Below, in pieces: positions 25,164 to 37,360 of a DNA stretch of 64,000 bases. The position numbers and the translations under genes were made by a program. The notes under the pieces are model-generated. The model did not search any database, was not told where the DNA came from, and saw only the letters and a program-made list of their open reading frames with translations. The first letter of the stretch is position 1; the number at the start of each line of letters is the position of its first letter. Source of the DNA: Vicugna vicugna (taxonomy: Eukaryota); the NCBI GenBank assembly GCA_013265495.1, contig MU061579.1, positions 482,872 through 546,871 on the forward strand. The letters run 5' to 3'.

Positions 25164-25999
25164 CTTAAGGGAATTGAACGCTTTTATTTACAATCACACA
25201 TCAAAATCTGAACTTTGACAACAAACCCTCCAGGTGCATAAAATGAACTAGACCATGTATTCTAATTCATCTTGACTGTCATCTTCATGGGTTTTTCTGT
25301 CCCCAGTTACTACTGTCATTATCAATTATAACCTCTAAGCATACTTGAGATTAATCAGAGTTAGAAAAATGCCTTGTTACTTTGGTATATTATGAAGAAG
25401 AACAAAGAAAACCATATAGTATATAAAAATATATGCATTTCAAGGGGAAATTATTTTAATCACTCACTTTTGACTTATAACTAAAGCCCATAGGCTTAGT
25501 CCTATTTTATCCTTTATTCCCCGTATCTCCTCGACACTTAACACCTTTCAGTCAAGGCCAAGGGAATATATATCTTTGCCCACTGTGGGCCTTTTCACTC
25601 TGCACAACTTTTCATTTTTCCTAATATTCATGCTTCTTTTCAGGTGAGTCAAACTTACCAGTGGAGATACTTTTATACATTAAACATGCTTATTCTCATT
25701 GTGAGATCAGTAGTATAATATCATGTCCATAAAATTCTTATAAACACACACAAACACATTTGGATTTTTAAAAAAATAAATGTAAGAATAGTTTAGAATG
25801 TTTTCAAAACAGAAGAGGTTAAGGGAAACTAATTTTCCATAAAAAGATTTTAAGAAAATGAAGGATAATAATAATGTGTATTGGTTATTGGTGATCAGTT
25901 AGGAAGAAAGTCAGGTATCATTCCTACAGTATACTAAGATAAATTACAACAATATTAAAATTCAGTAGAAAAATCAATGGAAACCTCAAATATTAAAGC

Positions 26000-26500
26000 T
26001 TACTAATCAGCTGAAGTTAGGGTAGGGAGATAAACTGGATTATACAATTTGGCCAATGTAGTCACTTGAGCCCAGCCAAGAAGAAAAAGATGGCAAAAGA
26101 AATGTGTAAAAATGTTGAGGTAGAACTCTGAGAGAGGTAACTGACCAGCATCTGCTGGCTTTGAAGGGGACCATGAGGCAGGAAATATGGGCGAAACTCT
26201 ACATGCTGACAACGATCCCTGGCTGACATCCAACATGGAACCAGGTACCTCAGTCTAAACACATGGAGGTGAATTCTATCATCAACTTGAATGAGTCTGG
26301 GAGCATGCTCTCCCAGGGCCTCAAGAAAGGAAGGCAGCTCTGCCAACACCTTGATTCTAGCTTTGTGAATTCTAAGCATGGAACTGACTGAGCCATACTG
26401 TTTATAGTCTTCTGACTCATATAAACTGTGAGATAATAAATAGGTGTGTTAAGTTGCTAAGTCTGTGGTAATTTGTTATGGCAGCAACAGAAAAGTAACA
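26000..26500 (+). mobile_element. MaLR LTR, MLT1E-like
   Basis: 'ttactaatcagctga', 'caacttgaatgag', 'gccaacaccttgatt', 'aactgtgagataataaat', ends 'gaaaagtaaca'. Confidence 0.85.
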
Positions 26501-28633
26501 TAGCACCTCTCCACTTCATTCAATGCACCGAAGTTACTGGTAACTGATGTACATTCAATGGCTCCCAGTTGTCCCCAGGATGAAGACCAAGAATTATAAA
26601 GTACTTCATGATCTGACCTTTGTTTATCTCTCCAGTTTATTCTTATTCATTCCTAACTCCCAATGTCCAAGCCCCAAAGTATTTGTTCTTCATATGGCTT
26701 ACCATTCTTCTTTTTTTCAAATCTCAATTTCCCGGCTTTGGATGGCCAGCTCCACTAATCTTTTATATCCTGGTTTACACATTCTGTGGAAACTTCGGGA
26801 CTGGTTTAGCTTCATCATTTTTATTAACTGTTACATAATCTGCACTTACATTCTCATAGTACTTTTATCATCCAGATTTATAAATGTCTGTTTGCTTATT
26901 TATAGTTCCTGTAGACCTATCTCTAATTTCTAATTCATGTAAACTGAAAGCTTATTAATGTATTCACTCACTTATATTGTGAAACAAACCCCAGTTGAGA
27001 ATATACTAAAAGGTAAAGAACTAAGGAGATGGAATTACCAGAGATGAGTTTTCTGTGGAAATCATATTCAAGAGGAGATTTAAAGTATTAGAAAGGACTA
27101 GCCATTGGAATCATTGTGAAAATCATTGTTGGGAGGCAAAAATGTCTGAGGTTAAATCATGAGTTTTTGTTGATTTCTAGAACAGAATTTATATTTTATT
27201 CTTATTTCTATGAAATTGATGCAATGTAGTGATGGACTACATAAAGAGTGGTTTGGAGGACACAGGATAGGACAGTTTGAGTTTATCTTCTTAGTACCGG
27301 AGATGTTAGTGAATTGGTCTTAAGTGTTGGCCATAAACAAAGAAAAAAGAATTTGGATTAAATCAAAGGAACCTACTAATAGTTTTAATGTGTACATGAT
27401 AAAGAACTGTACATCATTAAGGGCCTACTGTTCACAATTGTTTACCTAAAAATGACATAATGTCCATCATGTAGTAGGCATTCCTGAATAATTATTGGCT
27501 GAATGAGTGAATAAGAGAAAGAATAACAAAATACTTATGAGACTAAAAGTGATTTCCTTGCGGAAGGGAAAATATGCCATCTATGATGGCATAAATTACA
27601 CAAAGCAGCGTCCCTGTTACATATTTGGTGCCCAGTAAGTAACTGCCTGTGAAAGGAAGACAGATTTTCTGTAGAGTTTAATGTTACTTCAATTCCAAAT
27701 ATTTCTTCTCGCTATCTACATTTGTCTTTTGTCAAACTTGATGCATAAAATGAAAATATATATATTAGCATGCATTAACCAGTTTCTTTGACATAATGAG
27801 TATTTAACAAAAATGATACACAGTTGAGTAATTTTGATACAGTGCCATTTTCTTTTTGATAACTGTTACATGGATTAATTTTCTCATTTGCTCCTTTAAA
27901 GTGTAAAAGTTGGAAAACAATGCACATTTTAATCACAATAGTTGTTTTACTTCCAGTTTTTGAAGTCGAAGACGGAATTCTAAGTAAATAGTTGAGCAAC
28001 ATTTGAATATTTCAATGACTCAAAACTATAAAATCTAATCTATCAAATTACTATGCTTAGAATAATGTTAATATTTCTAAAGAGATTGAGAACCACTTCT
28101 TCAATAAATTAATTAAAATGTCAAAACTTTTTTTTACTTAAATGGACTTAATTTTTCTTGGTATAAGATTTAAACAAAGACTAAAATTTAAACGATAGCT
28201 AATTTTTGCTTTTCAGGTAAATGTCTGCTAACAATTTTTAGCAATTAGTAAGCTATACATTCTTAATTATCAATATAAAATATCTAGTTGGGTTGTCACT
28301 TGGGTGTCTGGAATTAGACATTTTTCTTCTTTCATTAAATGCATCTATATAAAACTATATTTTTTTCTGACAATGCTAATGTAATATTCCTTAAATATTG
28401 TTAAGTATGCTCTACAATTTCCTTTGAGCTATATAATAGGATATTTTACATACAATATTAAAAGATGAATTATTACTTGAAATCAAGCATATTAAAAACA
28501 AATGTTTCATTACAGAATATTTTATGCTTTTGTTTTGGGAAAAACAAGTGGATGGTAAGATTACATTTAAGTCAAGCTTTATTTCTTTTTCCAATAGGTA
28601 ACCTGACAGTTTCCAATCCTCAGTGTAAATCCT

Positions 28634-28682
28634 CAATTTTTGTTTAATTGAAGTATAGTCAGTCACACTGTGCCAATTTCTG
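28634..28682 (-). mobile_element. Very short (about 45 bp) L1 3' terminus
   Basis: 'ttgaagtatagtcagt..cactgtgccaatttctg' is the reverse complement of the L1 end seen in other copies. Confidence 0.75.
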
Positions 28683-28879
28683 TTGGTTCCCCCCCCCCAT
28701 TTTTTGAGCACTTATAAAGGAGAAGGACTAACCTGAGCCCTTTCTAGAATATTAATTTCAGAAAAGTGTTCCAAAAACATTATTCCCAAGACATGGGAGT
28801 ATCAGAACACGTACTAATTATTTTATGAAGGGTCAATGACATTCTCCCTCTATCTACCCATCCCTTATTTTCTTCAATA

Positions 28880-29900
28880 ATTAGTTCATTTATTTGTCCA
28901 ACATATATATTGAATGCTGGCAATGTCCTCGACACATGAATTTACACTCTTGAAAATGATACATATGGTATCTGCTCTCATGAGCTTATCATCTAGTCTA
29001 GGGCACAGACATGAAAACGTAAACACAAATTATATTAGAAGCAACAAAAGATGAAAATAAATCTAAGAAAGCAATTTTGCACTTGATCTCCTTTACCTCT
29101 GATTTCATATCTACTATTAATATAGTATGAAAATAAAAAATATGATATTCAGGCATTAGGAAGCCACCAAATGGTTAAATTGTGCCCGTAACCCCCTACC
29201 CCCAAAAGATGTTTATCAGGAACCTATAATTGTGAACTTTATTTGGGAACAGGATCTTTGCAGATATAATTAAGTTAAGCATCTCAAGATAAGGATACCC
29301 TAGAATTAGAATGGCCCCTAAATCTACCAACAGACATCTCCATGAGAGATGGGCAAAGGGAAATTTGAGACAAAGGCACAGGGGAGAAAGCCAAGTGAAG
29401 ATGAAGGCAGAGACTGGAGTTATGCAACCGCAAACCAAGAAGCCTCTGGAGCCAACCAGAAGCTTAAAGAGGTAGGGAGTTATTTTCCCTTAGACCCTTC
29501 AGAGGAAGTGCAGCCTTGCTACCTCCTTGACTTAGGACTTCTGGCCTCCAGAACCGTGGGAAAATAAATTTCTTTTGTTTTAAGGCACCAACTTTGTAGC
29601 AATTTGTTCTGAAAGACCTAGGAAACTAATATAGAGTGGCAGGGCCTGACTTTTATTTTTAAAAGGCTATGGAAACATAATTTTGGAAGTGTGAAGGCCA
29701 GGTGAGGGCTGCCTTCGTTACCCAAATAAGGAACGTTTATGGTCTGGACCAATACGTAAGTTGAGATGGAAGCAGTGGATCGGGGAAGTCAATCAATATG
29801 ACCCTCAGAACATTTGCAGAAATAGTTGGGTAGATGGGGATATTGTTTACTTAGATGTGAAAGACAGGCAGAAGAGTGGGGGAGAGGGTAGTTTTTAATT
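28880..29900 (-). mobile_element. Degenerate L2 pieces flanking the MLT1C
   Basis: 'ttcatttatttgtccaaca...tattgaatgc...tctgctctcatgagctta' and 'ggtctggacca...ggatattgtttac'. Confidence 0.5.
29170..29632 (+). mobile_element. MaLR solo LTR, MLT1C-like
   Basis: 'ggatctttgcagatataattaag', 'aggcagagactggagttatgca', 'ggacttctggcctccagaac', ends 'ctaggaaactaata'. Confidence 0.9.
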
Positions 29901-31825
29901 CAAATATGACATAGGAGATAAAAGAAGACAAAATGTCATAGTAAATTTTGATATGCAAGATTTATGGACACAGACACACACATGCTTTTATTTGTGTTCT
30001 AAGCTCCTATTTAAATTACATTCTTAATGTAGATTACAATTTCAAATATTTGAAAACCATCTTTTAAAGGATAAAACTTTGATGTAAAAAGTTTATTTAC
30101 CTAAGGGAGGCAAAGGAAGTAACGAGCACAGAGAAAGATTTCACAGGGTGCTGACGATGCAGAGTGGTGAGAACCCATCTCCGCCCATGATGGATGTTTT
30201 AAAGGTCAGCAAGTTTCAAGATTTACGTCATAAACATGGATAGAACTGTGTCATGTGGCCACGGGACAGGCAAATGCTTTCTAGTAGACCAAGTATAATA
30301 TGCAAAACCAATGATGTAGTAACTCAGGTTATGTTGCAAGCACTTTAGTAATAAATAGATCGTTGCCCAGAGCAACCTGCTTTTCTTCTTACTGGACTGG
30401 GAATGTGTCTAGATGGAGCTCAGTGCCCTTAGCTTGGCCTTGCCGGAGGGCTCCATTCCGCTGCCTCGGCAGTGCCTCCTGGCTCTTGGAAGTAGCACAT
30501 GGACAGGAGGCTGTGCTCTGATCAGAAGCACAAGAGGCGTGTCCTGACTGCTAGTCAAGAGTTCAGGCTGCCGAACTGCTCATCTTTCGGTGGCCGGTCA
30601 GAACGTAGTGCCCATGTATTCATATTCGGTACATGTTAATCAGCAGACTCATTCCAGGATTTCATCACTGCCTCCCACTGAAAATGCTCGGGTTTTAAAG
30701 TTTGGTTTACTTTTGAGCTTTTTCTCCTTCTTACGTGGCTCTTGATAGCAGTGCAGTTATAATGAGCCAAGCCAACCATTACTCCATTAGGGTATATGCA
30801 TGCCTCAGAGCAGGGATCTCAAATTACCTCTGAGCACCCTTCCCCAAAGCCTCATTGGGCTGAGCCCCGGGCCCGGTGCCGGGGCTGTGCCCCCTTCTCA
30901 GCCTGGGGGAGTCTCAGCAAGGGGGCTGCCTGACAGCTGCCTCTCTTGCTCCTTTGCATCTGTGAATCCAACCTTTGCTCCCAACTCCTGCAACCTGCTA
31001 AAGACCTCCAGTTAATCAGAACTGCTCATCCACAGAATCAGGTGCCTTTGTTCTTCATATTTTTTCCCATCCTTTATTTTCCTTTTTAATCTCCTAGTTA
31101 TAGTAGAGAAAAAATTTATTTTAATCAAACTCCAGTATAGCTTGTGTCAAGACTTAATAAAGGGCTTGACTTAATAAATGAATAAATAAATACATAGATA
31201 AATAAGTAAAAATGAATAGGTCGTTGCAGATGTACGTGCGAGTATACAAAGAAGGGGGTGGCCCATATGGAGGCAAGAAATAGGATCTCATGGTCCTAAA
31301 ATGTCACACAACAGATTCTGCTTGGATCTTTGTGATTTGGGAAGCTGCTGATAGGTTTTAAAAGGTGGCGTTCAGGATCTGAACAGATTTTTAGTACCGA
31401 GAAGCTACATTCTGTGTCAACACAGGGTGTGCTATTCTCAGGAAGTTTCTAAGAGTGTATATTGGCTTTAATTAGCACAAAAGAATATGTTACTGCTCTA
31501 TTTGTTTGAGACAAATATACCTACAATAACTGAGGATGGAAGCAATGCCCCACTGCTCCCTTGCTTCTGAGGATAACAACAATGTTCTGTGATTCTCTTC
31601 TGTTTTCATCCTTCAAGACAATAAATATTTTTAAAAGTAGAACTACAAAGAACATTTTTAGAGTCAAATTGGTGGTGGTGGGGGTTTAAACTTGAAGAAA
31701 CATCATCAATAAGGGCATCTGAATCCAGTTTTTTTAGATCCAGTTTCTCTCTCCTTCTCTGATAATCTGGACATGAGCTGTGTCACTGAATATAGAGATA
31801 GTCCCCTGTAAGCATTTTAAATGTT

Positions 31826-31831
31826 TATATA

Positions 31832-31874
<43 letters not shown>

Positions 31875-31916
31875 TATCTATACACATACAGACATACATA
31901 CACACACCCATATATA
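31826..31916. repeat. (TA)n(CA)n compound microsatellite in the tail position of the adjacent L1
   Basis: Read directly; abuts 'tttattgaagtatagtcag'. Confidence 0.9.
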
Positions 31917-32299
31917 TTTATTGAAGTATAGTCAGTTTACAATGTTGTGTCAATTTCTGGTGTACAGCACAATGCTTCAGTCATACATGAACATACAGAT
32001 ATTTGTTTTCATATTTTTTCACCATAAATTACTACACTATATTGAATATAGTTCCCTGTGCTATACAGTATGAACTTGTTGTTTATCTATTTTATATATG
32101 TTAGTATCTGCAAATCTCGTACTCCCAGTTTAACCTTTCCCACCCTCTTCCCCTCCGGTAACCATAAGTTTGTTTTCTATGTCTATGAGTTTCTTTCTGT
32201 TCTGTAAATAAGTTCGCCTGTCTTTTTTAGATTTAACATATAAGTGATATCGTATGGTATTTTTCTTTCTCTTTCTGGCTTACTTTACTTAGAATGACA
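31917..32299 (-). mobile_element. 5'-truncated L1 3' end
   Basis: Reverse complement of the 3' UTR at 39420-39815 ('ttgaagtatagtcagtttacaatgttgtgtc...ctttctggc'). Confidence 0.95.
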
Positions 32300-32944
32300 G
32301 TTATTTTCAAAAAAAAAAAGGAAGAAATCTTAGTCCTGTTTTGTTTTGGTAGTCTAGCATTATTTGATTCAGTACAGTTTCATGAGTTCCTACCAGGTAT
32401 GAATAGTCTTCTAAATTGTAAGGAACAAAGATGGTAAAGAATATACTTAATTTTCAGTAGCTCATATCTAAAGAGTGAGAAAAAAATAACTAATGGTTTT
32501 TAATGATCAGACTATAATGGAGCATACGAAAAAGATTTAAATAATTTTCTTTAGAGTGTCTATGCTTACTGAGGAAAGGATGGTGATAATTATGACCGGT
32601 GGGATCTGGGAAACCTTCTTAGAGGAGGTAGACTATGTGGAAGCTACTTAGGAGTGTGGAGAACTAGGGGTGGGGTCACGGCATCTTTGGAGGAAGTAAT
32701 CTCTGAATGTCAAGGTGATAGTGCTGAGGATCATTGAAATATTTTTTGAACATACTGGTGGCATCAGAAATTTTGTTTTTTCATAAAATCATGCTCATGA
32801 CAGTGCTTAGACCCTGCTAGAGTGGATATGCTGGAAAAAATCGTCCTGATTCACAACCTCCTTCACATCTGCTAGCTCCTCCTTTCATTATTTTCTTTAA
32901 CTGTGTGTACTTACAATTCATTCATTTATTCATCAGATTGAGGG

Positions 32945-33725
32945 GTTTTTGTTGCAAGTTATCACAACCATAGATTTAAATATTCTAAAGGGACTTTTGT
33001 GGCTTATATCACTAAAACAGTCAGAAGTAGGGGAGGCTTCAGGCTATGTTTAATCTCATTGCTCAAATCATACTAATTTTTATTTTTCCCCTTAGCTCAT
33101 TCTGCTTCATGTGGATCCTAATCTCATAGAACTTTCTCTTCGTGGTCACAAATTGTTTTCTAAGGTCTGGGCTCTAGATAGTTCCACATTCAATGGGTGT
33201 TTCTATATTCATATTCCATCAATAGACTCTCATTGCCCCAACCATCCAAAAGAAAAAAAAAAAAACACTCTCCAATCTTTGTTCAGATTAGATCAATTTA
33301 GATCAGGTGCTCTTCCCAGAACCAATTCCTGGGGTTAGAAACATGACATTAAACCACGATTTTCAGCATCCATTACTACTGACATTTTGGCCAGATAATT
33401 CTTTAATGGGGAAAAAAATTGTCTTCTGTATTGGAGATGTGTGGTAACATCCCTGACCTCTACCCATTAGATGCCATGCTATTAACTCCCCTCACAAAAA
33501 AAGTCCCCAAATATTGCTGAAGGCCCTCTGGAGAGCTCCTGGTTGAGAACCACTAAATTAGGCTGATGCAGTTAAGTCTGAACTCTAAGCCAGGAGTAGA
33601 GAGGGATTCCCCTGAAGCCAGGTCCTGAGAAAATAATGGTGTAGAAAGACTGTGCTTTTTATTTGAGGATAATTAAGAGAAAGGGAGAAAGATGCTAGTA
33701 GCCAAAAAGACAAAGTATATGCTAA
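32945..33725 (-). mobile_element. Old MaLR LTR (MLT1K-like) interrupted by MER20
   Basis: 'gttgcaagt', 'gcttcaggcta', 'gactctcattg', 'gaaccaat', then after MER20 'gatgctagtagccaaaaa'. Confidence 0.55.
33355..33555 (-). mobile_element. MER20 hAT-Charlie DNA transposon
   Basis: 'tgacattttggccagataattcttt', 'catccctgacctctacccattagatgcca', terminal repeat 'ggttgagaaccact'. Confidence 0.9.
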
Positions 33726-35069
33726 AAATACATTTTCTCATTCATTCATTGAACATAAATGAATTACAAACTTGATACGTGATACATATGTGATAATATG
33801 ATAGGAAAAGTGAAGAGTGAGTTAAGTCTGGCGTCTACACCTAACAGCACAAAAGTCTACAATCACAGTCTACATTCCAAGTTACAGACCTTTTGGAATT
33901 AAAACACACACACATACACACACACACACAAACATCTGTCTCTATAGCTTTCTGAGTATAACTCTTATATTTTTTTAACCAATGATTTACTTCTCTGTTT
34001 TACCCCTAAATACACAGTGATCTCCTTGAGAGCCGATTATTATTTATCCCTGCTACATATCACCGTGCCTAGAACAAAGTAGCCTCTCATTAAATGTTTT
34101 ATGAAAGAAGGAAGCTCTTTTTATGCAACAATTACCATTCTCATTAATGCCAAGGATTCTTGATATAGAATCTCTATATCTTAATAATCACTGCTTTGTT
34201 GTAAAATCCCATGATTAATAGTAACATATCCTATCTTGTATTCTTATTTACAGTTTGATTATACGTAAGCAGTGATAAAATATGGAGGAGAAGGAATTAT
34301 GAGCTCCCATACAGCTGCCATAACCTGATCTAACAGCTAATACACCAAAGCTTCATCTGACAGGGACATAGTTTATATTCGCCAACTACCATGGCTTTTA
34401 TATCACTTGTGCATATTAAGACCTGCTTTGGGGTATTTTTTTTTCCTAGCTGTAACTTACTAGTCTCTAAAATAATGTATCACATAGATGCTATAAATTT
34501 TCTATTGGGAGATGTATTAATTGATAATAGCAGATGGTAGATAAGAATGAAAGAGTACTAGGGCATTTGGTAATATACAAAGAGGATTAACTAAAGCAGA
34601 AAAAGTAGTGTTTTATTCCAAGAATATCAGGTGGAATTGGAGAGAAGCTGCACACCTTGGATGCAAACAACTAACAATTCAAAGCCTTGGTCCCGTGAGG
34701 ATAATGTAGACCCTATTCCTATACCTTAAGATTTGGTCTAGCCCTTACCTAACAAAGCTACCAGTATTCAATAAACAGAATCTGTAAGTTATAAAAATGA
34801 ACACTGGTCCCTGATAACACAGTCTAAACCCTCCCTGCATGTGCCTGTCTTGTTCCTTTTCTGGGTTATTTGACTCTGAATCTCTTATTTTCTGATTTAG
34901 GCTCCATGCTTGTCCTTTAGACCTGAGAGCAAGTCTTTTTTTTACAGCATCATCATCTTTGTTACCATGTATTAAGTGATAGGTGCTAATTAAGATGCTA
35001 AATTCATTACTTAGGATTTGTACTGTGAGTCCTCACAACCTTTTGAGATTGTTACTTTCCCCTCAGAGG

Positions 35070-35639
35070 GGAGGCAAACTCTTAGGTGGCACCCAAGATT
35101 TCCTGTTCCTTGTGCAGATGCCCTGCCAATGCCTGGGGCTGTGAATAGGAAGCATGTTATTTCCATGATCAGATTATGTTATGTTGCATTTATGTGACTT
35201 TAAGAGAGGGATTATCCAAACGTGCCTGATTTAATCATATGGCCCCTTTGTTTCTCACTGGTCAAAAAGAAATCAGAAATACCTGCTCTGGCTGGCTTGG
35301 AGGAAAGCAAATGCCCATGTTGGGAGCTTCCCAGGAAAGGGACAGCTTCTAAGAGCTGAGAATAAAACCCATATGTTGGCTCTAGGGGAAGAGAGGATCC
35401 CAGTCCTCTAATGGCAAGGAGATGATATCTGCCCCATTGCAAAAATAAGCTTAGAAGCAGATTTTTTCCCCCTGTGAACCTCTACATGAAAAAACAGCCT
35501 GGCTGATTTCAGTCTTAAGCAGAAAAATAAGCCATCCTATTCTGGACTTCTGATCTAATGAACTATGGGCTGACAAATGGATTTTTCTTTAGCCATTCAA
35601 TGTACGGTATTTTGCTCCTCAGCAATGGTCAACTAATAC
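35070..35639 (+). mobile_element. MaLR solo LTR, MLT1E/F-like
   Basis: 'cccaagatttcc', 'gattatcc...cctgatttaatca', 'agcttagaagcagatt', 'ctggacttctgatcta', ends 'aactaatac'. Confidence 0.8.
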
Positions 35640-35699
35640 TTCTCATATGTATTTCACTTAGCTATCAACTAGGTAAGAAATGTAGGGGTTCATAAGGGC

Positions 35700-35930
35700 T
35701 ATTAGATAAGAGTGGAAGCTTCACAAAGGGTTTTCCTGGCCTTGAATTCTAACTCTGCTGTGTCTAGCAATGTGACTTTGAGGAAACTGTTTAATCACCA
35801 CAAAACCTCAATTCCTCATTTGAAAGTGTAGTTGATGGCAAGATATACCTCGTAGAACTTTAAAAGATTAAAACAGATGAAGGAGATAAAGCTTCTCATC
35901 TGGTGTGAGGCGCATGTAAATGTTCATATA
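35700..35930 (+). mobile_element. MIR SINE
   Basis: 'ttgaattctaactctgc...tgtgactttga...cctcaattcctcattt'. Confidence 0.7.
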
Positions 35931-36739
35931 CTGGCCGACATGTTTACCACAAGGTCATCCATCAAACCTCCAGGGCTTGGAGAAATGAGAAATTTAGCCA
36001 AGGTTGCAGACCTACTAAATTGCGAATCACCTTTCCCTCAAACCTGTATGGCTTTCCAATCTCTGTACTTACCCCTGTTGAATTAATTCACTCCCCTTGG
36101 AATAGATTCTGGCATGTTTGTCCTCAGGCTGTGTGGGCTTCTCCCACCCGTGTTAACTAACCTCTCCAGTTGTGGAGAAGACATCTCACAAATCTAGAGG
36201 AGATCTAGATTTAAAAAAAAAAAAGAACATTAAAAATGTAGATCTTTTCAGTAATATCTCATGTCTTTAGAATTCTAGATCTCTGATACAGCAAATGGTC
36301 CTTTGAAACAGCCTCCATCGAAGTACGCGATGGAGAGTTTCTGTTTTCTACATTTTTCTGCTGGGGCTCTGAGGAAAAGTGCTGTTATCTGTTCCTGACC
36401 TTTTCTCTTTCTCTCACTGGCTAACCTTCACCTGCCTTCAGGAAGCATTAGCAATTAGAACCTGACCCCCAGGTATAATAGCGCCTGCCTACAGCGGGAC
36501 ACGGGGTGCCTAACAGACCAGCTTTTGGTGTACAGATCCCTAAGGAGTATTTGCAGTCCTGTAACCAGTCCCGATCTTTAGTAATTCAGGTGAAATCATC
36601 TATCTACTCATCTAAAACCATCTAAAAACCTTTTCCACAGTAAATGAAGCCCTAGAGGGGTGGTGGAATGTTATTTGAAAAGAACATTACTAAAGAATTC
36701 AAGGTTTTACAATTTCATAAACCAAAAAGAGTAACTCTA

Positions 36740-37360
36740 AAGCAGAAATTTGGCCTCCACCGGCAGATTTTCTCCCCAGCTTCAAGACTGTGCATTGACG
36801 AAAATGTGGACAAATTGATTGGGTTAGAAAGATAATCGTCTGCTACAAAAGTAATTGAAAAAGTTAACGAATTTACAGTGCTCTAGTGGAGGAGAAATAG
36901 CTGCAGGCTACGAAAACTGGCTTCTGCCAGTTCTATTTCACACAAATAATTATTTCAAGAGACAAATGAAGTCTTATTTATTGGCAGTAGGACATGGATC
37001 CTTGGTGATCACCAGTGAAAAAGGAAACTGTGAAATTAATTTATACTAAGCAAAACAGCACTCAATGCATCAAAGCTGCCCTCTGAACTTCAGTTGGCAT
37101 TTGGGCAATTATTATCGCCTCAGGTCATTTGAACACTGCAGCCAGTGCCCCGTCAGGTTTCACGACAGTCTTCCAATTGCATGCTTCATTTTTACCGTGC
37201 GTTGATCTATAACATATGACAAGAGTTATTACCTGTGATGTGTAATGATGAGACTATCAGCTGAGAAGAAAATGCTTAAAAATTATTTAATCTCATATCA
37301 GTATTATCACTCAAATGAATTTATCTTATGCCTTAAGAAGAAAATCAGTCACGAGGAGCT
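36740..37360. promoter_or_regulatory. Candidate enhancer / conserved non-coding element
   Basis: Repeat-free; locally retained CpGs (about 11 by my count); TAAT homeobox, GATA, CATATG/CAGCTG E-boxes, AGGTCA. Confidence 0.4.

Noticed and set aside
26062..26933. ORFs of 105 and 128 aa
   Set aside because: Lie in MLT1E-like and L2-like repeat sequence
36190..36224. 9-bp inverted repeat aaatctaga/tctagattt next to an A-run, terminator-like
   Set aside because: Intrinsic terminators do not apply to mammalian DNA, and an AT-rich 9-bp stem is expected by chance
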